Below are positions 57,461-64,000 of a DNA stretch of 64,000 bases, one piece after another. The notes under the pieces were generated by a model. That model saw only the letters and a program-made list of their open reading frames with translations. It was not told the DNA's origin and searched no databases. Made by a program: the position numbers and the translations under genes. The stretch is from NCBI RefSeq assembly GCF_009914755.1, contig NC_060931.1; one strand, written 5' to 3'. Positions within the stretch are counted from its first letter, which is position 1, and the number at the start of each line of letters is the position of its first letter. The DNA is from the human T2T-CHM13v2.0 reference genome, Homo sapiens.

Positions 57461-58253
57461 TCACAGTCATCATTATGTCCTGGGTGGATGACAATGACTT
57501 TCTGGTCCAGCCTTCACAACATTGCCAGAATGGTCTTCCTGGAAGTCTGCTCCTGTCCTCTCTCACATTCCTGCTCCCTAACACAGGATCTGCCTCTCCC
57601 CCTAGGAGGAAGTCACCAGGTGATAAACTACTTTCACTCAGAAGGCAGGAATGAGCAGGAAGCCTCCAGGTCACAACAGGAAACTGAGCTGCTTTTTCAA
57701 GATGTTCTTCAATTTTTTTGGGGGGGGTGGTTATTAACCTAGGTGAGGAGAGTTGAGTTCATTTCATTCCTCAGTTCAAGGCACATGCTTGTGATTAGTC
57801 GGCATAAGTCCCTTCCCTTGCTTTATATTTTATTTATTCTCTTTTATCCACTTTCCTTACTCCTACATCCCCCTACCCCACCATTCTGTTTCCAAGTATT
57901 TGTGTAAAGGGAGTGTTGTGGTGGTGAATGCCTGACTTCAAGTTACACGGCTGATGAATGGAGTGTTCCCCACACAGTCTTAAGATCTGTGCTGCCATGA
58001 GGACCTCTCATCTTCTCTTCTGACATCTGCCTGTGACCCCCTGGTGTGCATCCTTACATTTCATGCTCCCCTTCCCCAGGTGACAGACACCCAGGTTGCC
58101 TCCAATCATCCTCTGCAACGAACCAGGGAAAAGACGGATTTCTCGGAAGATGGTACCAGGAAATCTTGGTACTATGTGGATAAAAATACAGCTGGATCCC
58201 CACCTAAGTTACTCCATATGAAGTGAACTCTAGGTCAGGTCGATTAAAGATCA

Positions 58254-58580
<327 letters not shown>

Positions 58581-58870
58581 TTACTAGAAGGAAATGTAGG
58601 TGAATGAATATCTCAGTGACCTAGGGAAAGAACCTCTCAGGCAAAACTTCAGATACATACAATTCCTTGAACATTTCTTCCATTCAGATTGGTTTTTCCA
58701 GTTCTCTCTCACCTCTTGGTCAGCCCTTCTCAACTGCTGAGAGATTATCTTTTGTTTAAGGATAAAAGGGGAAGAAAACCAAAACCTTGAAGGCTGCATT
58801 TTCTTTACCTTCAGTTTTGTGTCTGTTTTTTGTTTGTTTGTTTTTTTCTAGATTTCTCCTTTGCCCAGAA

Positions 58871-59183
58871 CAGAGGTCAGCAAACTATGGCTGTGAGGCA
58901 AATCCAGCCCACTGCATATTTTCGTACAGCCTACTAAGAAAGGCTTTTACATCTTAATTGGTTAAGTCAGAGAAAACAAAATAAGAATAATATTTTGTGA
59001 CACATTAACATTATGTGAAATACAACTCTCACTATTCATGTGTTTCATTGGAACACAGACTGTGGATGGCTGCTTTCTCACAACTGCAGAGTTAAGTAGT
59101 TATGACAGAGACCATATGGCCCACAAAGCCAAAAATATTTTCTACCTGGCCCTTTGCAGAAAAAAAAAAAATGCCAACTCCTG
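58871..59183. mobile_element. MER58-like hAT MITE
   Basis: CAGAGGTCAGCAAACTATGG...TGCCAACTCCTG termini. Confidence 0.7.
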
Positions 59184-59894
59184 AACTCTTGTGTGCCCCT
59201 TGAGGATGGAAATCATATCCAGTATTTGTCTTGTTTCCCTGACTGCTCAGCACAGGGCCTGGCAGGTAATCGGTGCTATTTCTACCACTTTGGACTACTT
59301 TCAGTTTCAAGTAACAGAATACCCTACCGAAAGGGTTTTAGTTCTCACATAACAAGAACTCTAGAGAGAAAACCGGCACTGCTTCAATCTCGGTGACGTT
59401 GCATCAGGGACTTGGGTCAACGCCTTCTCCCCCTGCCCTAATGGTTTCAAGATGGCCATAGCACCCACCTCCTTGGGTCATTTCCTCGTACAACCTTTGT
59501 TGAAAGACAGAACATGCACAGCAACATATGCAAATAACTTGACCTAGTAAACAAGTCAAGGAGGAAAATAATCCCTGGAGCCCCAAAGCAGACTTCCCCT
59601 CATGGCATTAGCCAGGAGTGGATCACATGCTCCCTCACACTAGGGTCCGGACCCCTTCCCTTGAGAACTAGAGATTTCCACCCAAAACTCCAGCAGCATC
59701 AGGGAATGAGGAATCAAGAAATGTCTTTGGGGTCGGCAAAGAGAAGTATCTGCCCCAAGGCTGATTAATAGGGAGGCTGATTTCTGACTTTTGAAAGACA
59801 ACCCAGAAATTAGAACTATTTTTTATGTGCAGAACCAAATTTAATTCCAACCTTTCTTAAGACGCGTAACTCATTTTAAAATAAGATAATTTCT

Positions 59895-60170
59895 TGGTGG
59901 GGCACAGTGGCTCATGTCTGTCATCCCAGCACTTTGGGAGGCCGAGGTGGGCTGATCACTTGAGATCAGGAGTTCGATACCAGCCTGGCAAACATGGCAA
60001 AACCCCGTCTCCACTAAAAATACAAAAGTTAGTGTGGGATTACAGGCATGGTGGCACACACCTGTAATCCCACCTACTCGAGGGGGATGAGGCAGGAGAA
60101 TCATTTGAACCCGTAAGGTAGAGGTTGCAGTGAGATTGCACCACTGCACTCCAGCCTGGGCAACAGAAAA
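59895..60170 (+). mobile_element. Alu (S)
   Basis: Alu consensus; TSD AAGATAATTTCTT. Confidence 0.85.
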
Positions 60171-60749
60171 AGATAATTTCTTCAAGTGATTTCACATGGT
60201 TTTCAAACCATAGAAGCACAAAAGTTAGCTAAGTAGCTTTTATAAATTCTGGGTGGCTTTTTTGAATCAAATTCAATGTTCCACAGTCAGGACTCTTCTG
60301 TTGCTGGACAGTCACGTGGTGCAAGGCTGTAAGTTGAAGAGTGTCCCATAGGCCTTGTGCAGTAAAAGCTCTGCTCTTCATCATAATGGTTGGCTCATCA
60401 GGACCATCAGAGTGATCTCTTGGCAATAGTTAAGCAATCAAACGGAGCTATAGTAATGGCTTATAACCAAAGTACACAATCAGTGTCAAAAAGAAAGACA
60501 GGGATGTGAACACACAGGTTCCCAGGAGACGCGGAGCCAGAACTTAGCATGGGATCCCAGCCCTGGTGAGTCAGAGCCCATGAGCATGCCCTGGCAGGTG
60601 GCCCGTTTGATTCTCCCGGCTCACAGGTTGCATGCTCTGCCTGTGACCCTCTGCCTACAAGACTCAGCAGATGAGCAAATGAAGGCCCAATCAAACAAGA
60701 ACTAACAAGAAATGCAATATAACTTTTAAAATTAGAAATCTCGAAATGC

Positions 60750-61065
<316 letters not shown>

Positions 61066-62489
61066 TTATACCTTTTAAAAATTTCCTTGCTTTGCTTGTT
61101 ACTTATCAGCATTTCTCAACTTTTTTTCAGTCTGTGACTTTGGTGGGATCTGTCTCCCCACTCTTTGCCTGTCCTGCTCTGACCATCCCATCTGACCCAG
61201 GTATGAACACAGAGTCCATCCACGCAGTCCTCCCCAAGAGGAACTTGGAGGAAGTAGGGGCCATGGTAAGAAATTACAGATGTCTGTGGGGCAAATAAAA
61301 TACTGTTTGCACAAAGGCAATTGCTTTGGCCAATCAAGTGCGAAGTCCTAACTTTGTAGATGTTTCCTAATGTGAGAAGACTGCGAAGAATTGCTCAAAA
61401 GAGCAACAAAAAACATCTAAACTTTAAAACATCAACTACTGCTATGAACCAGAATCTATCCATATGTCCGGAAATTTAAATATAGCCAAGAGGACGCTCT
61501 CTGTGTCAGTCAAATATTGCACCTTTTGTGACCTCTTGTTACCTGCTGCCCAACACACACACACACTCACTCAAAAATCTTAATAGAATTTCCATTTTGT
61601 GGAGAACAGGTGGAAAGGAAGGGAGTCAAGAATGCTGCGTCAGCTTCCAGCCATAGCCCTTTCCACCCTATCTGCAGGTTCCTGGAAAGAATGATAGTGG
61701 GAAGCCCTGATGCTGGGCCCTAAATCTAACTCTGCTCAGAGGTTAGGCTCTGGAACATCATCCTGTTTCATTTTATACAGGTGTGCACACTCTTTACTGC
61801 ATTGTATTTCTTTTGCCTCTATTTCCATATTTAGCCTTTAGTTAGAGGTTCTGAGCAAAACTTCCATTTCATTTGCAGTCATTCCATTGTAAAGAATTAG
61901 TGAAAATATACCATTTAGCTATAAATATTTGAGCTTTCGAATTCACATGATTAATAAAAGGAAGGTAAGTAAATGTGCAAGAAAGTTATTGTCCAGGCCC
62001 AGTGAACTAAGAAAACTCTGAAGGTAGAGGGCAAGATGGAAAACTTCTAGAATGTAGCCTCTTATAAAAAAGGATCTGCTATAATAAGAAAGAGTGTGTT
62101 ATTTTATATATCTTTTTTTAAGAGTGTGTTTTTATATAGGTGAGCTGAGGTATATATCTCATTACATTTATGTGAATATTCTCTATGAGAGCATGTTCTA
62201 AACATTTTTCAGGATTTTCCCATATAGACTAAAATCAGAGAACTTTGCTGCTGTTTATGTGCATGAAACTTTAATTTGTTTTATAAATTTCTTGTGAGAA
62301 TAGGAATAGCCTCCTTACTGACATAAGGTCTCCAAGCCTCAATCAATTCATAAGAATGTTTCAGAGCCTACTCTATGCCTGGCCCTGTAGTAAGTCTGTA
62401 GATATTTCTGTTTAAATCATATCGTCTTTAATTTAATGAATGGAAAGTTATTGGAAGATGTAATGCACTGAAAAGGAAGTAATATCAGG

Positions 62490-63390
62490 TACGTGGTGTT
62501 CTTGTCCAAAACACATAACCTGAATCTACATCATACAACTCCAAAATGGGGGGCACTCTATTAAAAACTAGCCTATGTTCTTCAAAAATATTAATGTCAT
62601 GAAAGACAAAGTTAGGAATGTTCCAGATTAAAGAAGACGAAAGAGACATGACAACAATATATAAAGCATGATCCTCGATTGGATCCCGAATTAGAGGGGG
62701 AATATAGGGCTGTAAAGGATGTTATTGGGATAATTGGCAAAATTTGGGGATTAGATAGTAGTATTGTATTGATGTATTGATGTTACATTTCATGTTTTGT
62801 ATTGATGTTAAATTTCATGATTTTGATAACTGCACTGTACTTACATTAAGAGAATGCCATTGATCTCTGGAAATAGCAGCTGAAGAAAATAAGAGTAAAG
62901 GAGTATGATGTCTGCAACTTATAGTTCATTATAAAACTAGTAAGTATATATGCTTACTACACACACATATGTAAATTAGATATCGTGCAAATGTGGCAAA
63001 ATTTTAACATTGGTAAATCTGGGTAAAGGATACATGATAGTTCTTGTACTATTCTTTTTTTTTTTTTTTTCGAGACGGAGTTTCACTCTGTCACCCAGGC
63101 TGGAGGGCAGCAGTGAACCTCAGCCTCCCGGGCTCAAGCAATTCTCCTACCTCAGCCTCTTGAGTAGCTGGGATTACAGGCACCCACCACCATGCCAACT
63201 AATTTTTGTATTTTTAGTAGAGACAGAGTTTTACCATGTTGGTCAGGCTGGTCTCAAACTACTGACCTCGTGATCCTCCTGCCTCAACCTCCCAAAGTGC
63301 TGGGATTACAGGCATAAGCCACCACTCCCGGCCCTCTTGTACTATTTTTGTAACTCTTCTGTATGTTTGAAATTATTTCAAAATAAAATT
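62490..63390 (+). mobile_element. Old L1ME/MC 3' fragment with Alu
   Basis: GTTCCAGATTAAAGAAGAC...GGGATAATTGGCAAAATTTG. Confidence 0.6.
63055..63333 (-). mobile_element. Alu (S)
   Basis: Reverse Alu consensus; TSD TCTTGTACTATT. Confidence 0.85.
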
Positions 63391-64000
63391 AAATTTTATA
63401 AAATTGTTGGTACATACACTAAACTTGTCCTGAAATTAGTTGCCTTGTGAGATTTTACTCTTGGCTAACACTTAAACATTATCTTGAGCAAGGCACTGAT
63501 GACTAGGTTGAGATCAAAAAGTTTTACAACCAAGTTTTGCAAGATTTATTTCTACTTTGAAAAGAAAGCTGGAGACGGACAGTCGGGTGTGGGGAGTGGT
63601 CATTAAATCAATTATGTGTAATGGGAACTCGGCCTCTACATTTCCACTTCTTTATTGCCACTCCTGGGAAATCGGTCAGAGAAAAAAATACGAGATGCAC
63701 ATGCAAACATCTTCCCTGTGATACTCACTTTCCATAAAAATCAGGCACAACCCTGTACCCTTGCCCACTGGAGTTTGTCACCCTCAGGGCTGGCAGGCCT
63801 CAGCACTCTCCTGGGCCAGGGCTCCCACGCCGTTTCCCACTGAGAGAGGCCCAAGCTGTGGCTCCTCCAGAAGCCTTTTGTGTCCCTCCAGAACTATGCC
63901 GTCCAATACAGTAGCCACTGGCACATGTGGCTGCGAGCTCCTGCGATGAGCTGGTCTGAACTGACATGTGCTGTCAGTGCAAAACCCACACTGGGTTTCA

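Overview
Primate, almost certainly human, genomic DNA that is Alu-dense. I recognise it as the 7p15.3 KLHL7-NUP42-GPNMB interval; the neighbouring genes come from memory, not from this sequence. The only protein-coding gene is NUP42 (NUPL2/hCG1): 7 coding exons on + from 6610 to 25271, all GT-AG, joining to 1272 nt = 423 aa (CCCH zinc finger, FG repeats, GLE1-binding C-terminus), with a CpG-island promoter. The most notable non-coding feature is a ~2.1 kb retrocopy of the lncRNA NORAD at 30456-32579 (+). It has a 12-bp TSD, appears 5'-complete and 3'-truncated, and keeps a CpG-island-like 5' end, ~300-nt repeat units with hairpins and four perfect Pumilio response elements (PREs). It lies 5 kb downstream of, and on the same strand as, a NUP42 3'UTR that has two perfect PREs. 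Other points: an antisense solo LTR12 in NUP42 intron 3, a tiny twin-primed L1, tail-to-tail inverted Alus with a triplicated target site, an alternative reading frame in exon 7 reachable by skipping exon 6, and several template-switch scars. The rest is Alu, L1, L2, MIR, MaLR, ERV1 and DNA-transposon remnants. Repeat subfamily names and edges are by eye and approximate.
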